Source: Styela clava (lineage: Eukaryota). Taken from it: DNA of 64,000 nucleotides. The notes beneath the pieces are model-generated. The model worked only from the letters and a program-made list of their open reading frames with translations. It was not told the DNA's origin and made no database searches. Position 1 is the first letter of the stretch; every line of letters starts with the position of its first letter. The translations under genes and the position numbers were made by a program. The stretch lies in contig NC_135253.1 in the NCBI RefSeq assembly GCF_964204865.1, positions 6,572,001 to 6,636,000 of the forward strand. Reading direction: 5' to 3'. Below are positions 26,894-36,745 of the stretch, piece by piece.

Positions 26894-27930
26894 GCCGCCA
26901 TGGTTTTGCGGCAGCTGCAGACGCCATAGAATACTTAAAACTGCACTTGGAAGTTAAAGGGTAAGTCAAGAATAACGATTAATTTCAATGGTTTATCAAC
27001 GATGTTTTAGTGACCTGACCAACTGACCATATCCCTATCAATTCCGTTACTACAGTAGTCTACTACTGTACTAGAAGTTGTGAGAATTTTTATTGTGTTT
27101 TATGTTTGATTGTATACCGGTACGGTACTAATGACTTGATGATGATCAAATTTTCACTATCTTACAGTCTTAATTAGGGAACCTGATTCTGATTTTTCTA
27201 ATTTGTGTGCAAATATACACTTCTTCCGTCTGTAAACTGTGCTATGATATTATTAAAATATTCGTACTCTTTCCAATTCTAGACTCTTAGGTATCATGAA
27301 TAGATAGTAGTATGTAGTACAAATATATTTGCAGATAAAATATCAGCAGCACAACAACTCAACCCTGTGTCGCATACTGCGGCACATAGAACTGTAGAAG
27401 GAATTATTGTAAACAACCGCACTACCGAAAGGAGCTTGGCGCTTCCACTGAACTATTTGTGTCCACAATCAAAACAATTTTACGCGCTCGAAAATTTTGA
27501 ACACCAGGTGTCGCTATAATACTTAGGATATTCATATTTTTTATTGCATATATTTTTTTTTTTATATTTTCATCATGTTTAATCTTTATTGTGTATACAT
27601 TTGATTATTGTTGTTTGAATACACGGTTTGTTAATATTTGAGCATTTCAGAGTGCGTAAGACCAAAATAAAATTGTTGCTTATGGCAAACAACTGAGTTG
27701 TTCAAATCCTTATTGGAGCAGTCGCACACCAATTCCTGAACTAATTATGTTTCGTTTATCAGTGCGATTCTGAAATGATATTTTTTAATATTTGGACACT
27801 AAGTAGGACTTTACATATTTTTAAAATGATTTTTTTCGATAACAGTCAATATAAATTCTTTACCGACTATCAAGGGGAGCGCATCTTCAAATTTCGCCAC
27901 GGGCGTCACTTTACGTAGATACGCTACTGA

Positions 27931-28310
27931 TCAAGATAAATTTTCAGCAAAGATAACTCCTGGAAATTTTATTCCTCTCATTCTTTTGATTTCATTACCA
28001 TTGAGCAGTAATGGTCTCGTATAACTAATTTTAGGTTGTTGTTGTTGTTTTGTTCTTAGTTTGCAACTGCGAATAGATCTTCCAAGATTTTCCCCATACA
28101 GATTCAAATCAGTGTCATCAGCTAACATGATCGACTCTGAGAATTTCAGACACCTACACATGTCATTAATGTAAACTAAAAAAAATAATGGGCTAAAACT
28201 TAGCTCTTCGAGGATCTTCACTTAGCCGCTAAGTGAAGATCCTTGAAGAGCTTCATAACACAAATACAACTAGAGAATGAATTTTTATTTGCACAACTTA
28301 TTTTCTATCT
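27931..28310 (-). pseudogene. Non-LTR retrotransposon (LINE) reverse-transcriptase relic
   Basis: ALQGSSLS...SPLFFLVYINDM...SIMLADDTDL...IKFPGVIF, matching the PQGSxLxPxLFxxYIND, (Y/F)ADD and KFLGV RT motifs; stops and frameshifts are present. Confidence 0.8.
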
Positions 28311-28639
28311 TGCAGGTAGCTCCTGACCCAATTAAATAGGATTAAAGGACTGGTCAATGATGTTAAAAAGCTTCAGAAATGGCACTTCGCCATAAATTTA
28401 AGTTCCGCATATGCTTGCTCCTCCGGCGAAAGCTAAAATTTAATTATGGAACAATTCGCATCAAAATAACTTGTTCACAAATCTGCTTGTACGAGCTTCT
28501 TGGTTGTGGGACACTGATGATGTTACCCCCTATAACTGTATCGCTTCATCTTGAAGCGATTACTCGCCCTGATAATGTCGTTTTTTTGAAGACAAGCTCG
28601 TTAGTGATGTTTTTTCCCACACAAGTTTTCTTTGAAGCC

Positions 28640-29285
28640 ATAATCGATAAGGCGGGCTAATCATATGGCGAACCACAGTCTTCCGTCTGATTACCAGTCC
28701 ATTTCGTGTAGGCCCTACACTGTGGGGCAGGGGTCGGCAACCTTTTGTCGCTCGCGGGCCAAAATCAAAGGTTGTAAGTCATTGGAAGGCCGCACATATT
28801 TTTAGAATGTTAAAAATCGAATGGATGACCGATGAATCACATTTTATCACACAGATCAAAAGTTTAATTTTAAGCAGCGCGCGAAGACTGACCATTTGAA
28901 TATTTTTTGCGCCATTAAACCATTTGCACTTAGCATCAACTTTTATGCGTTTTGTTGTCATTTGTCTAAATTATAATTAAATTATATGCTCATTAAACGA
29001 GTAATTGTGAATTATATACTTGTTACGGTATAATATAATTTAGTCTACACGTTAATTCATTTGCGTAAAGAATATAATCGACAAAACAGCTATAATTCAG
29101 TGAAGCGTTGCGGGCCAGATCCGGCCCGCAGGTTGCCGACCCCTGCTGTAGGGGATTGCTGGCCAGTAATTTGATGGGGGAGGAAGCCGTAACCGACCAG
29201 CGGTTACGTGAACCACCCTATTGCTGCGACGAGTCCAGCAATCCTCTCGAACATGAATACCGGTACCCCTGGATTCGAACGGTTT
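28640..29285 (-). mobile_element. tRNA-derived SINE copy interrupted by a hAT MITE
   Basis: CATATGGCGAACCAC (28662) and GAGGAAGCCGTAACCGACCAGCGGTTACGTGAACCACCC...GATTCGAAC match the reverse complement of the SINE at 34319-34636. Confidence 0.8.
28728..29145. mobile_element. hAT MITE (same family as 7721-8600, without the nested insert)
   Basis: TIR CAGGGGTCGGCAACCT / AGGTTGCCGACCCCTG; TSD ctgtgggg / ctgtaggg; interior colinear with 7721-8600. Confidence 0.92.
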
Positions 29286-29805
29286 TAGCGTGCATTCATT
29301 CTCGAGTACCGGAGTCAAATTTATACATATTTTAGTGTCGTTGGCGGGTACCGGTATCGGAAATCAAGTAAAACAAACATTTCGAATAATAGTCTTGTAA
29401 TTTAGAGTGAAGATCACTATGATTTTCCATACCAACCCGACTTTATTGATGTTTATCGCCTGGTTAACAGTCCCGATTTGCGTAATGTATTTTTGTCTCT
29501 TCAATTTTTCCAGATGCTTGGACTATGAAGCAAGCAGAAACTGAGATTCCAACGGTGAATGGTAATTGTCTGGGCTATTTATTACACACCCATTTCAGTC
29601 ATTGTCAATAATATGTCAAATTTAATATTATAAATCAACATGAACAGTAACACTCTGTGCTTACTGAGTAGGTAAAGGCCTTGTGTTCCACTGAATCAGA
29701 CTGGGCTTAAAATACTTATCAAATACGATCAGATGAAAGGTCCACTCATAAAGATTCACAGTAAAAATTATGGTACAAATAAATCAAGATATTGTTTATG
29801 AATCC

Positions 29806-32056
29806 TCAGGCATATCCTGATAAAACATTGAAAAAATGATAAATTTCCTCAAAATCATACACTGCCACTTCAGTATTACACACAGAACATTTTACAGGAT
29901 GGTAACCATCAGTTCTATTATTGGATTGGTTATCAGTTCTTGAAAATGCAGACGAATCAAGTTCAGGATCCTCAGCTTGTGCAGATTTTGCTCTCCTTTT
30001 GTGACGTTTGAATTCTCGTTTCTTCTTCTCTTTGTAGTGAAGCAGCTCATCATACTTGATGTCACAGTTCATTACAAACATCGCACGATATTGGTTTTGA
30101 TATACTGAATGTCTGCATATTTAAGATAAAAATAAAAGTAATAACATGCATTTATTCCTGAAATCTGTGACGCAATAGGATACGATTTACATATTTATCC
30201 AGGGGGAGTGGGAAGCCGATAAGACTGCTCAACCATATGTCGAACCACGGCCTCTCGTCCGGTTACCATTTCATGTCAGGTATGGGATTAGTTAGTTATT
30301 TGTATTTCGGAAGCATAGACTCGATTGTAGAGGAAGCTGTAACCGACCAGCGGTTACGTGAACCACCCTACGGCAGCGAGGAGTCCAGAAATCCTCTCGC
30401 ACATAAACCCCTTGCATGTGATTCAAACCTGCGAACCCACACAGAGTAATTAGAGGTGCGGTGGCGAGCGTATTCCTAACACTTAGCACGATAAGCCACA
30501 CCGCCGTGCCAATGCTGGTAAGCGAATAGCAAAATAGTTATTTTACAAACCTTTGACAATTAACACACAGGGTTGTCATGCATGCTGGACATGTAAGAAT
30601 CGCATCACTTGTTTCTTGATTTTTGCTGGCTGTATTTGTTGCATTTTCATTATTCGAAGGTCTAAAATAAATATATATAGTATAGTACATATACTAAACT
30701 TAAAAGTAATTTTCTCTCCTGAAATAAAAATTCACCTCTTTGTTTGCATATCAATCCACTTTTGATCTTCATCATCAGCACGAGGGTCGTAAAACAGTTC
30801 ATCATCTGTCATCTTCTGCTTTTTGCACTTATCTTCATCTAATGAAAGAAAAAACACATCCTTTCCATCAATATTAGAAGCATGTATATCGAGATTTTAT
30901 CCAGTTATGTAGTAAATTATGTAGATGTGATATTTATGAATTTGAAGACAATGTTTCTCATAACCTAAATATTAATTTCCTTCTTGCTAAAACTTCCTGT
31001 GAACTGTAATCATCAGAAATCATAACAGAATTTTTTTCACATATAGTTTACATAGTAGTTTCTCAGCTCAAGGATAAAACCATATACGATTAGGTTAACA
31101 TGGTTCAATGGAAAAAAGTATAGAAACTCACTCTCTCCCTCATCTGAATCAAAATATATGTCATCATAATAGCCAGGTTGTGAAGACGTGGCAACAGATG
31201 TTTGATTTGGGGGTTGTTCCTTGCTTACTGTTAAAAAACATTAATTCATCATTCATCACGGAAAAAGAATAAGTCTGTCACAAGACATCAGAGGGAAAGT
31301 TTTTGAATACATTTAGTTAACATTAACATATTAACATATTGGTGCTCTATGCAAGTAATATAATAACACATGAGTTGGAAAATGAGAAAGAGGAATTAAT
31401 GGAAAACTATGACTGTTAATAAAACATAATATGATTCAGCGTACTTTTTTTCAGTTACTGTCTCAAAATATCGGGTTATTGCAAAAATCAGATCTAGAAG
31501 TGATGTGTTAGAATTATAATCATCATGGTTGGCATACTTAATGATATTTCACCTGATTTTTTCCATGCGCTTTCCATTGCCTTGACTTTTGCTTCCAATT
31601 CATCTTTCATTACTTTTTCGAAATCATCATCAGATGAAGAGGCTTCATCACCTGCATTACGTAATATTTAACTCACATATATTTGACTTATTTCCCCAAA
31701 AAACGAGCAGAAAATTACAAACCTGTGAGAGATTTCAGAACTTTTCGTTTCTGTTCTGGTGTACCGCGTAGAAAAACATTTACTTCATCCAATTCTTCTT
31801 CATCAGAACTATACAAATACAGTGAGGAATGATAAAAAGAAGTGAGTAATGGTGAGCCACCAGTGATTGAGATTAGTTGAGCGAATGTTTTAGGAACTAT
31901 TCTGAATATGTCGAGCATTTTGAGAATTTCTTCAAGAAAATTATCACTATTTTGAGAAAAAATTTCTTCTCAAACTAACCTGTCCTGTCGAATTTCGTCA
32001 TCATCAGAATCATTGCTGATATAATAACTATATCCATCAATTTCAGAATTTGTCAT
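29806..32056 (-). CDS. EAPP: E2F-associated phosphoprotein, 7 exons
   Basis: Phase-consistent exons 32056-31980, 31808-31723 (VFLRGTPEQKRK), 31651-31553 (SSDDDFEKVM), 31227-31132 (YYDDIYFDSD), 30838-30736 (DELFYDP...DQKWID), 30661-30551 (SDAILTCPACMTTLCVNCQR), 30112-29806 (QYRAMFVMNC...YHPVKCSVCNTEVAVYDFEEIYHFFNVL). Confidence 0.95.
30175..30510 (-). mobile_element. Full-length tRNA-derived SINE in EAPP intron 6
   Basis: Reverse complement of the 34319-34636 SINE from the tRNA head (GGCGGTGTGGCTT...AGGAATACGCT...GGTTTGAATC) to the GATAAATATGTAAATC tail. Confidence 0.88.
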
Positions 32057-32327
32057 CTTGTCTTATAATTTGCCTAATAGTTTCAGAGAAAAAGTAGTCA
32101 GAATGTGAATTAGAGCATGCAATCATAAACATGAATGCTAACTATGGAAAAATATCTAACAGAGACATGAATATTAACTTCCTCATACTTTATAGGATGT
32201 AAATGAACATGACTTGTACATGATTCATGACATTGATTTTATATTAGGTTGGGTATCGACAAGTGCATATAAAAAAACACAAAAATGTTCTTACTACCAC
32301 ATACTAAATATGGCATGAATAAGATTT

Positions 32328-33047
32328 TTAAAATTTGACAATTTTCGGCTTTTTTATAATCGGTTGTGCATTTTTTAATTCGTCGTCACTTTCATATAGA
32401 GTTATTTCATCATCTACACTGACATGTTCGAGTTTATTATTATGATCACAACCACTGACAGATCCAGTTAACCGATAAGCATTAACTTCCCCTTTAATTC
32501 GCCTTTCGGGGCAATCTCTTTTATAGTGGTCAACTGAACCACAAAGTTTACAGCAACCACCATTTGGATAAAGTCCTCTAGGATTGTCTGGGCAAGTTTT
32601 CGAAAGATGACCTTCTTCCCCACAAATAAAACATTTTGCGAATGCAAATTCATTTCCATTTTGTATCTTTGCAGTACATGTATGCGACTTATGTTCAGTT
32701 GAACCACACTTGAAGCAAATCCCTGTCCCCTGCTCATTATCTTGCTGCAATTTAGGACAGTCTGCCATTCCATGTCCGGGCATTCGACAGTGAAAACAAA
32801 CCATACCATCTATTTTACGCCGATGTCTCTTGACTCTCCTATTTTCTGATCTTTTATTCTTCTTGATCGCAACTTTTTGGACAGCATTCCTTTGTACATT
32901 TGAAATTGATTTCTGAGAACCGACTCTGAATTTAGTACTTTGATGGCCAGCAAAGTTAGAATTTGAAGCATGTTTACTCCCAATATCTTCCCACTTTGAG
33001 CCTTGTTCAACCTTCTGGCCACTCTTAGATCTAGCCCACCTCGTCAT
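32328..33047 (-). CDS. ZCCHC9: Zinc finger CCHC domain-containing protein 9, intronless CDS
   Basis: Starts MTRWARS; four CCHC knuckles (CFHCRMPGHGMADC, CFKCGSTEHKSHTC, CFICGEEGHLSKTCPDNPRGLY, CKLCGSVDHYKRDC); ends KKPKIVKF. Splice acceptor TTTTTTTAG at 33092. Confidence 0.95.
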   Translation of the reverse strand: MTRWARSKSGQKVEQGSKWEDIGSKHASNSNFAGHQSTKFRVGSQKSISNVQRNAVQKVAIKKNKRSENRRVKRHRRKIDGMVCFHCRMPGHGMADCPKLQQDNEQGTGICFKCGSTEHKSHTCTAKIQNGNEFAFAKCFICGEEGHLSKTCPDNPRGLYPNGGCCKLCGSVDHYKRDCPERRIKGEVNAYRLTGSVSGCDHNNKLEHVSVDDEITLYESDDELKNAQPIIKKPKIVKF

Positions 33048-33599
33048 ACTTGAATAAAACTTTTTAACTCTTCCAAATGGATTATATGTAGCTAAAAAAA
33101 TATTTACCATGGTCAACAATTTAAGGCTTCCGAATTCCCACCAATTTCAGAATTTTAATGCAAAATAAATTATGGTATTGCTTTGTCAGAATACGATTTC
33201 CATATTTCAGTATTTAGCTACGGAGGTGAGGAGTTTAATGATCATTTCATACATAATTGCTTTTGGCACACCATGCAAAGCGTCAGGAATACAACTGTCA
33301 CAGCACCAACGATCATCCTGCCTGGGTTGGAGGATACTGGACTCTTTGTCGTGGTGAGGTGGTTCACCAGAGTTACTCCAGCCCACACTCACCCTGTGGT
33401 CAATGGGTTAACCAACTATTTTACTCACTTTATAAACGTTATTTCAGAAAACTCCATAATACACACAATTTATAAATTGAGAATGCCAGGGCGCAAGAGC
33501 AAAACATTTAAACCAACTCACCAGCACACACACACACACACAAACCTTGTTAAACAAGACTTGGGTCAGAAATAAACGTATTGAAACGATGAAATTTTG

Positions 33600-33960
33600 A
33601 AACTTAATACGGTACCGTACAACCGAAAACTCCGATTTTCATACCTCAAGTCCAGAAGTCCGTAAACTCAAATTGTCATGTCAAAATTTCCGCTACCAGT
33701 AAGCTACGGTACCGGTATGTCCCTATTAAAATGGCTACCGGTATGCTTTTGCCTACATGGCGAGCATAGCCATTTTATAACTAGCGGTACATAAAGACAG
33801 AAAGACGTATTTTCTGCGATTCTGTGGATCCGAATTTCGATCTACAGACAGACAGGAGATTCTGCTGCTCAACGCTCAACGATATCCGTGATAAACCACG
33901 TGACTGTATGTTTGGAGTTCCAGTTGTCCATTCCATACGAACGCCTGAAGGGGTTAGTCG
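33600..33960. promoter_or_regulatory. Probable bidirectional promoter between ZCCHC9 (-) and EMC8/9 (+)
   Basis: Head-to-head genes; CpG-rich patch; outward-facing 5'-UTR donor candidates (GAG|GTATGA on - at 33644; GG|GTTAGT on + near 33952); E-box CACGTG at 33897. Confidence 0.5.
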
Positions 33961-34318
33961 TTCTGCAGGCGCTATTTTGCTACAGTTCTAGCTACATTTT
34001 TGATTAGATTTCATCCTGAAAAACTGGGGTTGCACTCTGATGGTGAAATATTTGGATAAATGTTTTTTGCGTTAGTTACAAATTTACAACTTGGTTCATA
34101 GCTTACGGTACCTTATTTTTACAGCTTCACGGTAACTACATTTTAATAATATTTACCGGTACTCTTTTCTCATTGTTCAGTAAGTTTCCTTTTGAGCAAA
34201 TACTGAAATATGTTTATTTTTTTGATAGGGAGGGATTAAGATACTGGTACTGTTTATAATTTTACCCTTATAACTGTATAATTTAGTTACCAAGTTGTGT
34301 GTTCAGTGAACATGTACC

Positions 34319-34636
34319 GGCGGCGGTGTGGCTCAACGGGCTAAGCGTTAGGAATACGCTACTCTTCGTGGGTTCGCAGGTTCGAATCCTATGCAGGGAT
34401 GGTTATGTGCGAGAGGATTGCTGGACTCCTCGCCGTCGTTGGGTGGTTCACGTAACCGCTGGTCGGTTACGGCTTCCTCCACCACCAAGTCCATGCTTCC
34501 GAAAACAAACAATACAGTAAATCTAATCCCATATCCGACTTGGAATGGTAACCGGACGAGAGGCCGTGGTTCGCCATATGGATAAGCCGTCGTATCGGCT
34601 TTCCTCTCCCCCGGGATAAATATGTAAATCCTATCC
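34319..34636 (+). mobile_element. tRNA-derived SINE (reference copy), probably in the EMC8/9 5'-UTR intron
   Basis: Pol III A-box TGGCTCAACGGG (34329-34340), stem-loop AGCGT-TAGGAAT-ACGCT, B-box GGTTCGAATCC (34379-34389), then a ~240-bp body repeated many times in this window. Confidence 0.9.
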
Positions 34637-34804
34637 CCGGCACCACTTAATTTGGCAGCCTCCTTTTAATTATGTACGGTACTTACCTTTATTTCGAACC
34701 CTTTCTAGGCTTTGGCACATCTTAAATATCGTATATAATTCGTTTACATTTTCTTAAGTCTATAAGTACTGTAATTAAATTAGACACACAATTAAAACTT
34801 TGCA

Positions 34805-35404
34805 ATGGCATCGAGAACTATTGAGGTTTCTTGTAAAGCTCTTACAAAGATCCAATTACATGCTGCAAAATATCCACATTGTGGAGTAAATGGAGTCCTG
34901 CTTGCATGCAAACATTCATTTGCAGAAAGCAAAATATTAAATTTTGTGGACGCAGTGCCATTGTTTCATCAAGCATTGCAATTGACACCAATGCTTGAAA
35001 TTGCTCTGATGAATATTGATTCTTATTGCTCATCTCATGGACTTTACATAGCTGGATACTACCAAGCACCAAAGTATTTGAAAAAAAATAATGATTCGCC
35101 TGGAATCTTTACATGTCGAATTGCAGATAAAGTAAAGGAGAATTTCGGTGAATCTGTTCTTGTTATGATTGACAATCTGGAAATTCCAAATAACAAGTCA
35201 TTGAAATTTTACGAGCGAGCATCTGATGCTAAATGGAAGCCACGTCAATCTTCTGTTTCTTTCGAGGATGGAAGTGAAGATGCCTTGCAGGACTTTCTAG
35301 ACCGGAATGTTCATAAAGATTTGGTAGATTTTGACAATCATCTTGATGACATTTCTTTGCATTGGTTAAACAATGATATCAACCAATTAATTGTGATGAA
35401 ATGA
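34805..35404 (+). CDS. EMC8: ER membrane protein complex subunit 8/9 (UPF0172), intronless CDS, 199 aa
   Basis: LHAAKYPHCGVNGVLL, DAVPLFH, LTPMLEIAL, IAGYYQA, LVDFDNHLDDISLHWLN. EMC8 versus EMC9 cannot be resolved. Confidence 0.93.
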   Translation: MASRTIEVSCKALTKIQLHAAKYPHCGVNGVLLACKHSFAESKILNFVDAVPLFHQALQLTPMLEIALMNIDSYCSSHGLYIAGYYQAPKYLKKNNDSPGIFTCRIADKVKENFGESVLVMIDNLEIPNNKSLKFYERASDAKWKPRQSSVSFEDGSEDALQDFLDRNVHKDLVDFDNHLDDISLHWLNNDINQLIVMK

Positions 35405-35981
35405 CAATGTCAGAATGCGGAATTAATAAGAATCTGATAGCTGATGATTTGCATTAAAACTAGAATCACATACAAATGATAATGCTGAGCAACATTTTTT
35501 GTTTTGAATTTTCCCATTAAAGGGAGTCTATATGATTTCACATTTAAATTTCATTCATTAGTTCTATAGCAGGTGGTATAATCTTGTTAAATTTCTCATT
35601 TTTCTCAAAGTCTTGGAACATTGATATTCAAAACTAGTTCAGTATTTTGTTATATCATTTTATCATAATATGCATTGCAAAAATCACATTTTGCATAAAG
35701 TGGTATCCTTGTCTGCTGTTACAGTAATTTCTCATTGAAATGTTAACTAAATGCTTTTCATGGTACTATCTGTCATGTTATGTTTTTATTGAATAATAAT
35801 TGAATATTTATTGTGTTGTGGTGTCAGTTTGATAGAAATAGAATACTTTTTTTGATGTTATTATTTTTGCTGCTTGAATTATCTATCATATGTCCCACGT
35901 GCATTATACAAAAGTCAAAATGTGAATATTAATATTGTTAAATGCAGATGCAAAGATTTATTTACCAATAATAGCGTTATC

Positions 35982-36488
35982 ATGGTCCGGTTGAAACATC
36001 GTTATTTTCTAATTAGACTTGTGTTTGATGACCAAAAGTTTGGACATAATATTGAACCGTATCAAATATATGGAAGGATTAAAAATGCTGTGGAGACAAT
36101 ACATGGTGATCATGGACTAGCATGTGTGGATGTTTCACTTAGTGTAAAGTACATTAATGTGTACACTAATATTGTGCTGATCAAGACTAGAAGACAGTTT
36201 CATAGACTGGTTTGGTCTTCATTGCCATTTATCACATATGTAACCGAAAATCTTGGAAAGCGACCTAAAAAAATACCCTGTTTTCTGCACACTCTTCATG
36301 TTGGTGGATCAATCAGAAGTTGTCAAAAATTTTTAATAAAGTACCATAGAAAGAAACTGGACTCAATTTTGGATCAATGTTCAACTCCCGGTGAAAAAAG
36401 GAGAGTTAAAAAATCAATTGAGAGTGCTAGTCTGGAAACAGAAGATCCTGGCAAAAACTCTGAAGAAGAAAGCAGTGGCAGTGATTAG
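35982..36488 (+). CDS. POP5: RNase P/MRP protein subunit POP5, intronless CDS, 168 aa
   Basis: MVRLKHRYFL, HGDHGLAC, VKYINVYTNIVL, LVWSSLPFIT, PCFLHTLHVGGSIRSCQKFLI; ATG at 35982. Confidence 0.95.
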   Translation: MVRLKHRYFLIRLVFDDQKFGHNIEPYQIYGRIKNAVETIHGDHGLACVDVSLSVKYINVYTNIVLIKTRRQFHRLVWSSLPFITYVTENLGKRPKKIPCFLHTLHVGGSIRSCQKFLIKYHRKKLDSILDQCSTPGEKRRVKKSIESASLETEDPGKNSEEESSGSD

Positions 36489-36745
36489 GACATGTCGGAG
36501 AGCAGTGCTTTCTGTTAAGGTACTAATTATACTGCGAGTCCAGTTGCATGTAGTTGGTTTGTTGAAAAATCGACAATTATTTTTTATGTTGAGATTTGTA
36601 ATTGAAACATTTTAAAGAAACCCCACGATTTGTAACGGTACTATCTATTCAATTTTTGCATTTTAAATGTGAATGCCATATTCAATGGTGATTTTCTTTA
36701 TTTTATATTTAGATTTAACTGGGTTGAGTTACAGTTGTGGACGTC

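Larger units (their letters stand above)
25700..26930. mobile_element. Composite non-autonomous element(s): two diverged tandem units with (CCTAAC)n motifs, the second framed by inverted minisatellite arms
   Basis: 25700-25790 resembles 26281-26355, and 25861-25960 resembles 26524-26625 (CCTAACCCTAACCC). Inverted arms lie at 26117-~26283 and ~26727-26893. Confidence 0.65.

Noticed and set aside
26063-26969. Eight overlapping ORFs (61-149 aa) on both strands
   Set aside because: Low-complexity translations of the 10-bp inverted minisatellite (AKQRETAQ / CFALFRAV repeats); not credible proteins.
34319-34395. Possible tRNA gene
   Set aside because: It has A/B boxes but no proper acceptor stem or terminator, and runs into a dispersed repeat body, so it is a SINE head.
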